From: an uncultured bacterium | GTDB lineage: Bacteria > Hydrogenedentota > Hydrogenedentia > Hydrogenedentales > JAEUWI01 | NCBI GenBank assembly: GCA_963977445.1 | Contig: CAXBPH010000179.1 | Coordinates: 1 to 14,352, forward strand | DNA length: 14,352 bases | Direction of reading: 5' to 3' | Shown: in pieces, positions 1 through 8,513 of the stretch | Position numbering within the stretch: position 1 is the stretch's first letter | Layout: the number at the start of each line of letters is the position of its first letter | The notes under the pieces: generated by a model | The model's database searches: none | What the model saw: the letters and a program-made list of their open reading frames with translations, nothing else | Told to the model about the DNA's origin: nothing | Program-made: the position numbers and the translations under genes

Positions 1-2508
1 AACGGAACCAGAAGGCCCATAAGAATCGTTGCCGACGAATAGGCTGTTTTCCAGGGAAAGTGCGTTGCTCAAGATAGCAATGGCACTTCCGTCCTCCTTG
101 GCCAGATTGTTTCGGAAGACGCTATGGCGAACGGCGACGTCACCATCGGACAGGTAAATCGCTCCGCCCATTTCTCCAGCGCTATTGGCCTCAAAGGTGC
201 AGTTATCGATGATTGCCGAGCCGCCTCTCAACCATAGCGCGCCGCCATTATTCGAGGACGTGTTGCCCACGAAGTTGCAGTTCCGAATGGTTGGGGATGC
301 CTCGTTCACGAGGAGGCCACCCCCAGTATCTTCCCAAATATCTCTGCCATTGGCCTTGCCTCCCGTAATGGTGAATCCATCGAGGGTCGATTCGCTCACA
401 CCCACCACTACATGGAAGGCCGCCTCGCCGTCACGGGCGACGGAACCGTCGATCACCGTCGGGTTCGCACTGAGATCACGCTGGGTTCGGATTGTCTCGT
501 CTCCGGCGAAGCCACCATAAATATGGACGCCCGGTCGCATGTGAAGGGCACCGCTCCCATAACGTTTTTCATCATAGATACCGCCCGCCACCCAAACGCC
601 GCAGACCCGGCGATGATAGGCCGCATTGATGCCTTCCTGGATGGTGCTATAGGCCGTTGCCCAGGACTTTCCATTTTCCCAACCCGTGTTCCGACTATCC
701 ACATAAATTGGGGTATCCGTGGGCGACGGCGGCGGGGGATAGTCGCCCACCATCTCTTCGTCGGCCCCATCCTGAACCCAGTGAATGCTGTTGTCCAGAT
801 AACCATAGGCCGGGCGGAAAAAGCTGCTTGGTTGATGGTAGTAGTACTTTGGGTCTTCGGTAAGGGAGGCCACGTCCGACTTCACCCGCTGGGCCAGCCC
901 ATAGGCAAGATGGCCGACCGGGTCCCAATGAAGGCCCATGGCCTGAAATACGACCACGTCCGCTTCGGGCCGGGCGATCTCGATGCGATAATGCTCAGGT
1001 ATACCGAGCACGGTACCGTCGTCGCTTTTCAGTCCATCTATCCACGAGGTGGGATCGGGAGAGGCCGCCACGGCGGATTGCAGGGCCATGTACTGGCTAT
1101 CCTGCTCAGCTTCCGTGAGATCGTCCCCCAGACGGAGTGCTACAAAATGTTGGGAGAAGGGCGCGTCAATTTTGAAGTTATCGTCGGGCTGTGCGTTGAC
1201 GTCACCGACAACGTTGGAGCCCGCCCGGCCATGGTTTGCGCCACCGGAAAATGAAGAAAATACTAGGCCGAATACCAGTGTCTGAATTAAGATGACCGAA
1301 CTGATACGAAGGCCTGGTCGGCGGACGGGGGCGTAGGGGACTTCCACGTCGCGCTGGCCATCGGTACCATCCGACTGGGCGAAATGAATCTCATAGCGGC
1401 TCGAATCGGGTAAATACACGATGAACTTGCCCGGGTGTATTTTGCGTCCAGTCCGGAAGGTTTGGATTGGATATACAAGACGAAGCAGGACCTGCGCCCA
1501 GCGTGTCTTGGTCGAGATGCGCCCTTGCTGCATGAACAGCAATAGCTGCTTTGCAAGAAACCAGATAACCAGAAGGAGAATGAAAAATCCAGCGACTCCA
1601 TAGAGCCCGTTCTCGGCCCACAATGGCATACGGCCTCTCTGATAGCGTAGGTAGAGGAGTGAGCAGAACGGGCCGAAAAACATAATTGGCAGGATGACGT
1701 TCCCCAAGGCGGAACACAGAAAGTAAAACCCATCCACAACGACGCTCAGAGGATGTATTCGTTGCGGGGCAAGAGGCTCTCGAATATCCATCGTTCCGAA
1801 AGGACTGGGCTGTGGTGCAAAGGTGGCACGAAACCAGGTATGAACATTGCGGGGTAACTCCCAGGCAATCAGCACAGTGATAACCAGAAAGGCGGGGGTC
1901 ATCCAGGCATACAAGTTATGGGCCAATACCATAACTTCGCCAGTCAATACTTCGCCTATAGTTGTGCCGTATATCAAAGCGAATTGCGGAATCAAAAAGA
2001 GATAGTACAGTCCGGTGTAGGTCGTTTTTCGGCAACTGAATACGACGATGAGCAGTGACAGTGGAAGGGCACGCGCCGTTTCGTAGAGGGCATCGACAAC
2101 GCTCCCAGAATCCGCCAGAACCGTACCCGCCCACAAGAATGCCAGAAAGAGCAGTTGCAGCAATATCCAGTTGATAAGGGCGGAAAACAGTGGCAGGTAG
2201 GCAAGTTGTCTCTCGGTAATCGGCATGGGAAGCTTGGCGAGTGTCCGCTGGAGTACACCGACACCCTGCCCAAAGGCGACAGCCATGGACAGCACAATGT
2301 TACACAGGAACACGTGGCGTTGCAGCCAGCCCATCGTCGTTTCCAACCGGGTCGTCGGGTCGGTCCCTTCCGGCGTGTACGACCCGATAAGCGTATAAAA
2401 GGGGCCCAGGATCAGCAACAGGAGCGCGATGGGCAAAAGATAACATATGAGCCCAGTCACCAGCAGATTGCGGCGACCCGCTTTGAGTAGCAGGAGGGTC
2501 TGATTCAT
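1..2508 (-). CDS. Large membrane protein, 3'-partial (>=836 aa): about 9 TM ABC-permease-like N-terminus fused to a DUF1565/right-handed parallel beta-helix (pectin lyase-like) domain
   Basis: Translated by hand; absent from the ORF track because it has no stop in the window. ATG at 2508 overlaps the upstream TGA (ATGA) and the frame is open to base 1. N-terminus MNQTLLLLKAGRRNLLVTGLICYLLPIALLLLILG, permease-like loop LAKLPMPITERQLAY and further hydrophobic segments. After a PPPPSP linker: IYVDSRNTGWENGKSWATAYSTIQEGINAA, VWVAGGIY, VHIYGGFAGDET, LDGFTITGG, and repeats such as NCNFVGN..GGAL and NCTFEAN..GGAI. Confidence 0.88.
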   Translation of the reverse strand, partial: MNQTLLLLKAGRRNLLVTGLICYLLPIALLLLILGPFYTLIGSYTPEGTDPTTRLETTMGWLQRHVFLCNIVLSMAVAFGQGVGVLQRTLAKLPMPITERQLAYLPLFSALINWILLQLLFLAFLWAGTVLADSGSVVDALYETARALPLSLLIVVFSCRKTTYTGLYYLFLIPQFALIYGTTIGEVLTGEVMVLAHNLYAWMTPAFLVITVLIAWELPRNVHTWFRATFAPQPSPFGTMDIREPLAPQRIHPLSVVVDGFYFLCSALGNVILPIMFFGPFCSLLYLRYQRGRMPLWAENGLYGVAGFFILLLVIWFLAKQLLLFMQQGRISTKTRWAQVLLRLVYPIQTFRTGRKIHPGKFIVYLPDSSRYEIHFAQSDGTDGQRDVEVPYAPVRRPGLRISSVILIQTLVFGLVFSSFSGGANHGRAGSNVVGDVNAQPDDNFKIDAPFSQHFVALRLGDDLTEAEQDSQYMALQSAVAASPDPTSWIDGLKSDDGTVLGIPEHYRIEIARPEADVVVFQAMGLHWDPVGHLAYGLAQRVKSDVASLTEDPKYYYHQPSSFFRPAYGYLDNSIHWVQDGADEEMVGDYPPPPSPTDTPIYVDSRNTGWENGKSWATAYSTIQEGINAAYHRRVCGVWVAGGIYDEKRYGSGALHMRPGVHIYGGFAGDETIRTQRDLSANPTVIDGSVARDGEAAFHVVVGVSESTLDGFTITGGKANGRDIWEDTGGGLLVNEASPTIRNCNFVGNTSSNNGGALWLRGGSAIIDNCTFEANSAGEMGGAIYLSDGDVAVRHSVFRNNLAKEDGSAIAILSNALSLENSLFVGNDSYGPSGSV

Positions 2509-3200
2509 GAGCGGTCTCCCACGGAAGACAAAGAAACGTTGCGGGCGCGCCAGCAGAGGATACCCAGGCCAGCGACCATGCCTATCGCAAGGGGGGCCGT
2601 AAACAGGAGGGGCAGGGCCCGCGGCGGGAAGAAATTATTGGCTTCACTGGACGCCGGACCGAGATAGTGAAAGCTGACCAGGCTCACGAAAAGTAGCAGC
2701 GTAAAGGGAAGACTCAATAGGCGAGTGGCCCATGCTCCCCGGTGCCGGATAGACCACAGGGTGGTCAACACGGCCACGATGGGGAGGACGATCATGTCCG
2801 GGTGAAGGCGATAGGCGGGCGTAATATCGGCCCCGCCCAGTTTCAGCCAAACGCCTATCCCAATGAGGATTTCATAGTAAAAGACCTGGCCCAGGTAGAA
2901 TACCAAGGCAGCGCCCAGGCTGCGGGCCGGTCTTCGCGGCAGGTTGATGTAAAAGGCTGCGGTGGGCCGCTTGCGCTCGGGATTACATTGATTCTCTATC
3001 AGTATAACCAGATGAATGGAGACGTAGACAAACGGCAGGATTACGTCGAAAACCTGGCTGTACCCCGGCCAATGGAGGGCATAGAAGGAAAACAACGTTA
3101 GGACGGTGCCGACCGGTAAATTGCTCCAATGCATGGTGCGCCACAGGTATTTCAGCTCCCGTTCTAGTTCCTTCGATGTAGAATAGAATTCTTCACTCAT
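2505..3200 (-). CDS. Putative ABC transporter permease / membrane protein (231 aa)
   Basis: About 6 hydrophobic segments and an FYINLPRR loop typical of permeases in YtrA-like operons. ATGA-coupled to the ABC ATPase upstream and the fusion ORF downstream. Confidence 0.8.
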   Translation of the reverse strand: MSEEFYSTSKELERELKYLWRTMHWSNLPVGTVLTLFSFYALHWPGYSQVFDVILPFVYVSIHLVILIENQCNPERKRPTAAFYINLPRRPARSLGAALVFYLGQVFYYEILIGIGVWLKLGGADITPAYRLHPDMIVLPIVAVLTTLWSIRHRGAWATRLLSLPFTLLLFVSLVSFHYLGPASSEANNFFPPRALPLLFTAPLAIGMVAGLGILCWRARNVSLSSVGDRS

Positions 3201-4081
3201 AGCTGCTGCCCCGCTTCGAGCGCCTCATCCCCGTTATACGCAAGAAAGATTTCTTCCAGATTCAGGTGTTCCACGGTCCCGTCGATGCCGTCCATCTTGT
3301 CGGGGCTAAAGTCCGTCACATTAAATTGTGTCACGCCAGCAATATCGTGTTGGGACTCGATGGAGAAGCGCTCCAGCATGAGTGAAGCGTCCTTGTCTTT
3401 CGAGACGCAGATGCGCTTCACCCGTTCCTTAATTAGATCGAGATCGTCTTCCAGTGTGGTACGTCCCTCATTCACAAAGGCCACCCGGTCAATAACCCGC
3501 TCCACGTCAGACAGAATGTGGGAGCTTATCAACATGGTCACCTCCCGTTTGTTCCGTAGCTCCATGAGGAGGTCAAGAAAGCTGCGACGGACCACGGCAT
3601 CCAGGCCACCCGCCGGTTCATCGAGAATGAGGAGCTCCGGTTGCTGTGCCACGGCGAGCATAAGGAAGAAACGCCGTTTCTGGCCCTTGCTCAACGTACC
3701 GAAGGGCCGATCCATCCGCAGGTCAAAGCGTTTGATGAGCGCGTCGGCCTCGGCGGCGTCCCATTGAGGGTAGTAGGAGGCATAGAGCGTCATCCCTTCC
3801 TGCAGCTTCATCCAACCCGGTAATTCGACCTCATCGGCCACATAGGCAATGCGCGAGCGGCGCTCCGGCTTCAGGTCAAGAGGGTCTTCGCCCCACAGCG
3901 TTACCGCGCCTTCGTTGGGCACGAGTTGGCCGAGAATAAGCTTGATGGCCGTCGTCTTGCCGCTCCCGTTGGTGCCCAAGAGCCCCATGACGCTGCCCTG
4001 GGGCACCGTCAGGTCCAGTTTCGATACGCCACGGACGCCCGAGTAGTAGCGGACCAGTTTCTGTGCTTCAATGATGTTCAT
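3197..4081 (-). CDS. ABC transporter ATP-binding protein (YtrB-like)
   Basis: Walker A GTNGSGKT, signature LSKGQ, Walker B LLILDE, H-loop SSH, C-terminal NLEEIF motif. Directly follows a GntR gene with an ATGA overlap. Confidence 0.95.
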   Translation of the reverse strand: MNIIEAQKLVRYYSGVRGVSKLDLTVPQGSVMGLLGTNGSGKTTAIKLILGQLVPNEGAVTLWGEDPLDLKPERRSRIAYVADEVELPGWMKLQEGMTLYASYYPQWDAAEADALIKRFDLRMDRPFGTLSKGQKRRFFLMLAVAQQPELLILDEPAGGLDAVVRRSFLDLLMELRNKREVTMLISSHILSDVERVIDRVAFVNEGRTTLEDDLDLIKERVKRICVSKDKDASLMLERFSIESQHDIAGVTQFNVTDFSPDKMDGIDGTVEHLNLEEIFLAYNGDEALEAGQQL

Positions 4082-4521
4082 GCTTCGTCTCCCTGATTGG
4101 TATCTGCCGCGCCGGGGGCATCGTTTTGATGAGCCGACGTGTCGTCCGTAATTGCCGTTATTTCCTCGTTGATGAGTCGATTGAGGGTGTCAAAGTCGAG
4201 CCCCAGCTTCCCCGCTTCCACGACCAGATTCCGAATAAGCGGCGCGAGGCGGCGTTGCTGTTCCGCCGAGGTGTAGGCCGTGCGGTGGGGCGCGATGAAG
4301 GTGCCCCGGCCCCGCTGGGTGTAGATGATGCCATCGGATTCGAGTTGTTGATAGACCCGGGCCACCGTCGTGGGATTGAGGGACAAATCCGAAGCCAGCC
4401 CCCGCACGGAAGGAATTTTCGCGCCCGGTGCCAACGTGCCACTCACCACCTGGTAGGTGATCTGCTCGGCAATCTGTGCCGAAACGGGGATACCCGCGTT
4501 ATGGTCAATCTTGAGATAAAT
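4078..4521 (-). CDS. GntR-family transcriptional regulator, YtrA subfamily (about 147 aa; probable ATT start at 4521)
   Basis: wHTH motifs PVSAQIAEQI, GAKIPSVRGLA, NPTTVARVYQQLESDGII, RGRGTF. Short C-terminal domain and first gene of an ABC operon. GGAGG lies 7 nt upstream of ATT 4521. The track start (TTG 4578) lies inside the predicted -35 box. Confidence 0.92.
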   Translation of the reverse strand: MYLKIDHNAGIPVSAQIAEQITYQVVSGTLAPGAKIPSVRGLASDLSLNPTTVARVYQQLESDGIIYTQRGRGTFIAPHRTAYTSAEQQRRLAPLIRNLVVEAGKLGLDFDTLNRLINEEITAITDDTSAHQNDAPGAADTNQGDEA

Positions 4522-4534
4522 GGTTCTGCCTCCA

Positions 4535-4568
4535 ACTGTACACAAATAAAGCATACACTGTGTACAGT
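4535..4568. promoter_or_regulatory. YtrA-type operator (inverted repeat) overlapping the promoter
   Basis: Perfect inverted repeat ACTGTACACA (4535-4544) N14 TGTGTACAGT (4559-4568). The minus strand also reads AGTGTA-N13-TACAGT (4559-4535), one mismatch from the B. subtilis YtrA box AGTGTA-N13-TACACT. Confidence 0.75.
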
Positions 4569-4578
4569 GATTCTGCAA
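4550..4578 (-). promoter_or_regulatory. Sigma70-type promoter of the GntR-ABC operon
   Basis: Minus strand TTGCAG (4578-4573), 17-nt spacer, TATGCT (4555-4550), with an AT-rich tract just upstream. Confidence 0.65.
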
Positions 4579-4660
4579 GAAAAATGTTTTGGACGTTGGG
4601 AGGTGGGCGAGAAGTCCAGTGAAAAGCCCACCAACTTTCCGCTATCCAAGACAACTCCAC

Positions 4661-4835
4661 GGGTGCTACCCACCTGCGGCGCGCCGTTGGCCTACACAGA
4701 CGCGAGGTACGAGCGGCTTTGTGGGTGCGGGGCTTGCGAAGAAATCTCGTGTCGCCTCAGTTTACGCTTGGCTTGGGAGCGCAGCTCAGGGACGCGCCGC
4801 AGGAGGGCGGCCCGGCTGCATCGTGCCAACGGCAC
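4661..4835. repeat. Palindromic repeat element A, copy 1 (175 bp; REP/MITE-like)
   Basis: Aligns to 5275-5449 with 9 mismatches by eye. Contains the inverted repeat CCTGCGGCGCG (4673-4683)/CGCGCCGCAGG (4793-4803) and ends in hairpin GTGCC-AAC-GGCAC. Confidence 0.85.
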
Positions 4836-5063
4836 CAAAAAATATACCCTGCCTCTCCAACTCTCGGCTATCCAAGCACACTCCAATGGTGCCACCCGAT
4901 CCGGTATTCCCGGTTCGGGTGCCTTGGCCCTCGTGTACGGGGTGGACTAATGGATGACTTGGCGGTAGCCTTGTTTCCTCGTGAAAATTTCCGACAACGA
5001 AGCTACGGCGACTCACCGGCAATTCATTCGTGCCCTTGGCACGTAGCAGCCGAGCCGGCTGCG

Positions 5064-5790
5064 CTCCCAATGGTCCCGATTACGTTTTCGGAACAGGGGT
5101 GCCGTAGCTGGGTGCAGTTCCCTACACCCGTAAACTCCCCCGCTGCGCTCCTCCGTGTACAGGTGGCACCCTTACCGTCCGCTTTTTAAACGCAAGGGGC
5201 ATAGGGGAAATCGTTCAGGAGTAACGTTCTCTGACGGCAATCACACCGCTTCCCGCCATCCAAGATCACCACAAGGGTGCCACCCACCTGCGGCGCGCCG
5301 TTGGCCTTCACAGACGTGAGGGACGAGCGGCTTTGTGGGTGCGGGGCTTGCGAAGAAATCTCGTTTCGCCCCAGTTCACGTTTGGCTTGGGAGCGCAGCT
5401 CAGGGACGCGCCGCAGGAGGGCGGCTCGGCTGCATCGTGCCAACGGCACGTGGATGTCAATGCAGCCCTGCACTCCCAATGGTCCCGATTACGTTTTCGG
5501 AACAGGGGTGCCCTAGCTGGGTGCAGTTCCCTACACCCGTAAACTCCCCCGCTGCGCTCCTCCGTGTACAGGTGGCACCCTTACCGTCCGCTTTTTAAAC
5601 GCAAGGGGCATAGGGGAAATCGTTCAGGAGTAACGTTCTCTGACGGCAATCACACCGCTTCCCGCCATCCAAGATCACCACAAGGGTGCCACCCACCTGC
5701 GGCGCGCCGTTGGCCTACACAGACGTGAGGGACGAGCGGCTTTGTGGGTGAGGGGCTTGCGAAGAAATCTCGTTTCGCCCCAGTTCACGT
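5064..5790. repeat. Tandem duplication with 409-bp period (element B plus element A, about 1.8 units)
   Basis: 5064-5381 matches 5473-5790 with 3 mismatches by eye. Element A copy 2 is at 5275-5449 and a truncated copy 3 at 5684-5790. Confidence 0.92.
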
Positions 5791-5882
5791 CATGCTATGG
5801 AGCGCCGACGGCCCGTCGGCATCGTGCCAACGGCACGTAAATGTAAATGCAGCCGAGCCGTCGGCATTGCCGCAACTGCACA

Positions 5883-6698
5883 CTACCCCAGGGCCACATC
5901 CAGCACCATCATGGTCGTAAAGCCCACCATGGTCGCCAACGTCACCACATCGATGTTCTTCTGATTCTGCTGTGATTCCGGAATCAACTCTTCCACAACC
6001 ACAAAGATCATGGCCCCGGCGGCAAAACTCAGTGCATAGGGCAACACGCTCTGCATATACAGAACGAAGGCCGCCCCAATCACCCCGGCAACCGGCTCGA
6101 CCATGCCGGAAGCCTGCCCAAAGAGGAAGCTCTTCCCACGGCCCATACCTTCCCGTCGCAGGGGCAAGGATACCGCCGCGCCTTCGGGAAAGTTCTGCAG
6201 GCCGATGCCGATGGCCAACGCAATAGCAGCACCCAGCGTCGCAGAAGAGAGTCCCGCAGCCACCGCACCAAAGGCAACACCAATGGCCAGCCCCTCGGGA
6301 ATATTGTGCAGCGTAATCGCGAGCACCAGCAAGGTGCTCCGTTGCCACGAGGTCTTTATGCCTTCACTTTTTTCTACCGCCAGCCCGGGATGCAAATGGG
6401 GAAGGAGCCGGTCCGTCAACCGCATGAAGAGCCCACCGCCCATGAAACCAATGGCCGCCGTCAGCCAGGGGATTTGTCCCATCTCCTCAGCCATATGGAT
6501 ACTGGGGGCAAGGAGCGACCAGAAGCTTGCGGCGATCATGACGCCCGCCGCAAAACCGAGCATGGAATCCATGAGCCGGGCATTGACGGTTTTGGTGAAG
6601 AATACAAGTGCGGCACCGGCCGCCGTCACGCCCCAGGTAAACAAGGTGGCAAAGAGGGCCTGCGTAATGGGGTCAAAGGACTGAATAAAGTCAATCAT
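5883..6698 (-). CDS. ZIP family metal transporter (GufA/ZIP11/ZupT-like)
   Basis: About 8 TM helices. Motifs [21 protein letters not shown] loop, [29 protein letters not shown]. Confidence 0.95.
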   Translation of the reverse strand: MIDFIQSFDPITQALFATLFTWGVTAAGAALVFFTKTVNARLMDSMLGFAAGVMIAASFWSLLAPSIHMAEEMGQIPWLTAAIGFMGGGLFMRLTDRLLPHLHPGLAVEKSEGIKTSWQRSTLLVLAITLHNIPEGLAIGVAFGAVAAGLSSATLGAAIALAIGIGLQNFPEGAAVSLPLRREGMGRGKSFLFGQASGMVEPVAGVIGAAFVLYMQSVLPYALSFAAGAMIFVVVEELIPESQQNQKNIDVVTLATMVGFTTMMVLDVALG

Positions 6699-6720
6699 AC
6701 TGCGTTAGTCTTTCCAATCC

Positions 6721-8298
6721 CTATACCCGCTCAGCACCGGGGCGACCATTTTCGATGACATAGCTTGCCCGGGTGAGGCATTCACCGCCGGGCTTGGTAA
6801 TGATGGGCACCACGCGGAAATCGGTCTTCCACGCTGACGGTGTCAGTTCACAACGGACGTAGCCCCGCTCCGCATTGTAAAATTTCACAAAGGGATTGTC
6901 CGCGAGGACCCCATCGGTGTCACTTCGTTTCTCACCACCGTCGCCGCCCGATGTGATAGAGGTGCCCACGAATTCGGTGGCAATAGTCGGGTCATTCTCG
7001 TTGTCAAAGTCGAGCTTGAGGTCGTTCACCCAGTTCGTGTGGATGTCGCCCGTGAGGACCACGGGATTGCTGACCTGACGATCCTTCAGGAACTGCAACA
7101 AGCGTTTTCGGCCCACGTCATAGCCCGCCCACTGGTCCATACTCCAGGCCACGGCGTCACCCGGCGTGCGGTCGACCCGGGCCATCATGACCTGCTGGGC
7201 AAGGATGTTCCAACGGGCCGGGGATGCCGCCAGGCCGTCGCAGAGCCATTTCTCCTGGATGTCCCCCAGCAACGACGCCGCCGGGTCAAAAACGCCGTCG
7301 CAGGGCGCCACGTTGTTGTCGCCACAGGGCTGGTCCGTGCGGTATTGACGGGTGTCCAGCACATTAAACTGGGCAAGACGTCCGTAGGTCACATTGCGAT
7401 AAATCTGCATGGCCGGACCATGGGGGAGGGTAGACCGACGCAGGGGCATATGCTCGTAGTAGGCCTGATAGGCATTGGCCCGCCGTGCAAGATAGGCAAC
7501 GGGGTCGACGCCCTCTTTTTCCGATATGTCCCCGGCACAATTGTTGTCGAACTCGTGGTCGTCCCACGTCACAATCCAGGGGAAGGCCTGGTGGGCCGCC
7601 TGGAGGTCGGCGTCGGTGCGATATTGGGCGTAGCGATTGCGGTATTCGTCGAGGGTCTCGACTTCCTTGCTGAGATGCTGGCGCACGGCTTTGGGATTGG
7701 TGCCGTATTCATAGATGTAGTCACCCAGATGGACCACAGCGTGGAGGTCTTCCTTGGCCAGGTGACCCAGCGCGGTGAAGTAGCCCGTCTCGTAGTGCTG
7801 GCACGAGGCAAAGGCAAAGCGAAAGCTATCGGGCATGCTATGGGGCGCGGGCGCGGTGCGGGTGCGGCCCACAGGACTGATCTCGCCACCGGCCTTGAAA
7901 TGGTAGAAGTACCCCCGATCCGGTTCCAGCCCCTGAACTTCCACATGGACCGCGTGGGCCCAGGCTTTCGACGCCGTAGCCGTCCCCTCCGCGACGACCT
8001 GGGTCATACCCTCATCCTTCGCCACCTGCCAGTGTACCAGCACATCCTCCGGCGGCATACCACCACCGTTGACCGGATCCGGGGCCAGGCGGGTCCAGAG
8101 CACAACGCCATCGGGAGCCGGATCTCCAGAGGCAACACCAAGTTGAAAGGGGTAATCCGATGTGGTCACCCGCCGGTCAGCCGCCTGCGCCATGGCCATG
8201 TTGGCAAAGGGCCAGGTGATGGATGCGGATGCGGCGGCGAGGAAAAAACGACGGCTCACGTCCTTAGGACTGGATTGATTCACGTTCCCGATCTCCAT
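6721..8298 (-). CDS. phoD: Alkaline phosphatase D family protein with Tat signal peptide
   Basis: Tat motif SRRFFL with AMA/AQA cleavage-like sites. PhoD motifs FQLGVASGDP, VVLWTRL, FASCQ, HLGDYIYE, WDDHE, LDTRQYR, DQWAGY, TGDIH. The true start may be GTG at 8283, which has GGAG 9 nt upstream. Confidence 0.95.
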   Translation of the reverse strand: MEIGNVNQSSPKDVSRRFFLAAASASITWPFANMAMAQAADRRVTTSDYPFQLGVASGDPAPDGVVLWTRLAPDPVNGGGMPPEDVLVHWQVAKDEGMTQVVAEGTATASKAWAHAVHVEVQGLEPDRGYFYHFKAGGEISPVGRTRTAPAPHSMPDSFRFAFASCQHYETGYFTALGHLAKEDLHAVVHLGDYIYEYGTNPKAVRQHLSKEVETLDEYRNRYAQYRTDADLQAAHQAFPWIVTWDDHEFDNNCAGDISEKEGVDPVAYLARRANAYQAYYEHMPLRRSTLPHGPAMQIYRNVTYGRLAQFNVLDTRQYRTDQPCGDNNVAPCDGVFDPAASLLGDIQEKWLCDGLAASPARWNILAQQVMMARVDRTPGDAVAWSMDQWAGYDVGRKRLLQFLKDRQVSNPVVLTGDIHTNWVNDLKLDFDNENDPTIATEFVGTSITSGGDGGEKRSDTDGVLADNPFVKFYNAERGYVRCELTPSAWKTDFRVVPIITKPGGECLTRASYVIENGRPGAERV

Positions 8299-8513
8299 TC
8301 AGTATTGGAAAAGGGCCACAACGAGCCCTTCCGTTCACAGCAACTTGTTTGACCAGTCTAGCAGATGGGACAAGGGCAGCACAGCAGGGAAAGGGGGACC
8401 TTGATGTCGGTTACCCGTGTGATTCGTAGCGCCCAGCTTCCTCAAATGCCCACGTGCGGCATCTTTCGAGAGGGGGGCGACAACCCATTTATCAGGAGAC
8501 GCGGAAATTCATG

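Noticed and set aside
185..2490. Track ORFs such as 185..520, 412..1254, 1287..1739 and 2155..2490
   Set aside because: Antisense or off-frame shadows of the long minus-strand ORF 2508..<1, which has recognisable domain motifs.
4522..4578. N-terminal extension MQNHCTQCMLYLCTVGGRT of the GntR ORF
   Set aside because: It translates the predicted promoter, operator and RBS, and has no SD of its own.
4589..5598. Short ORFs across the intergenic repeat region
   Set aside because: They are translations of the palindromic repeats in several frames, with no recognisable domain, transposase motif or RBS.
4661..5790. Possible CRISPR array or autonomous IS
   Set aside because: Units are 175-409 bp with no unique spacers, no cas or transposase gene, and no clear target-site duplication.
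8299..8460. Pho box upstream of phoD
   Set aside because: TCAC/TAAC-like half-sites near 8409-8421 are 9 nt apart rather than 11, so there is no convincing match.
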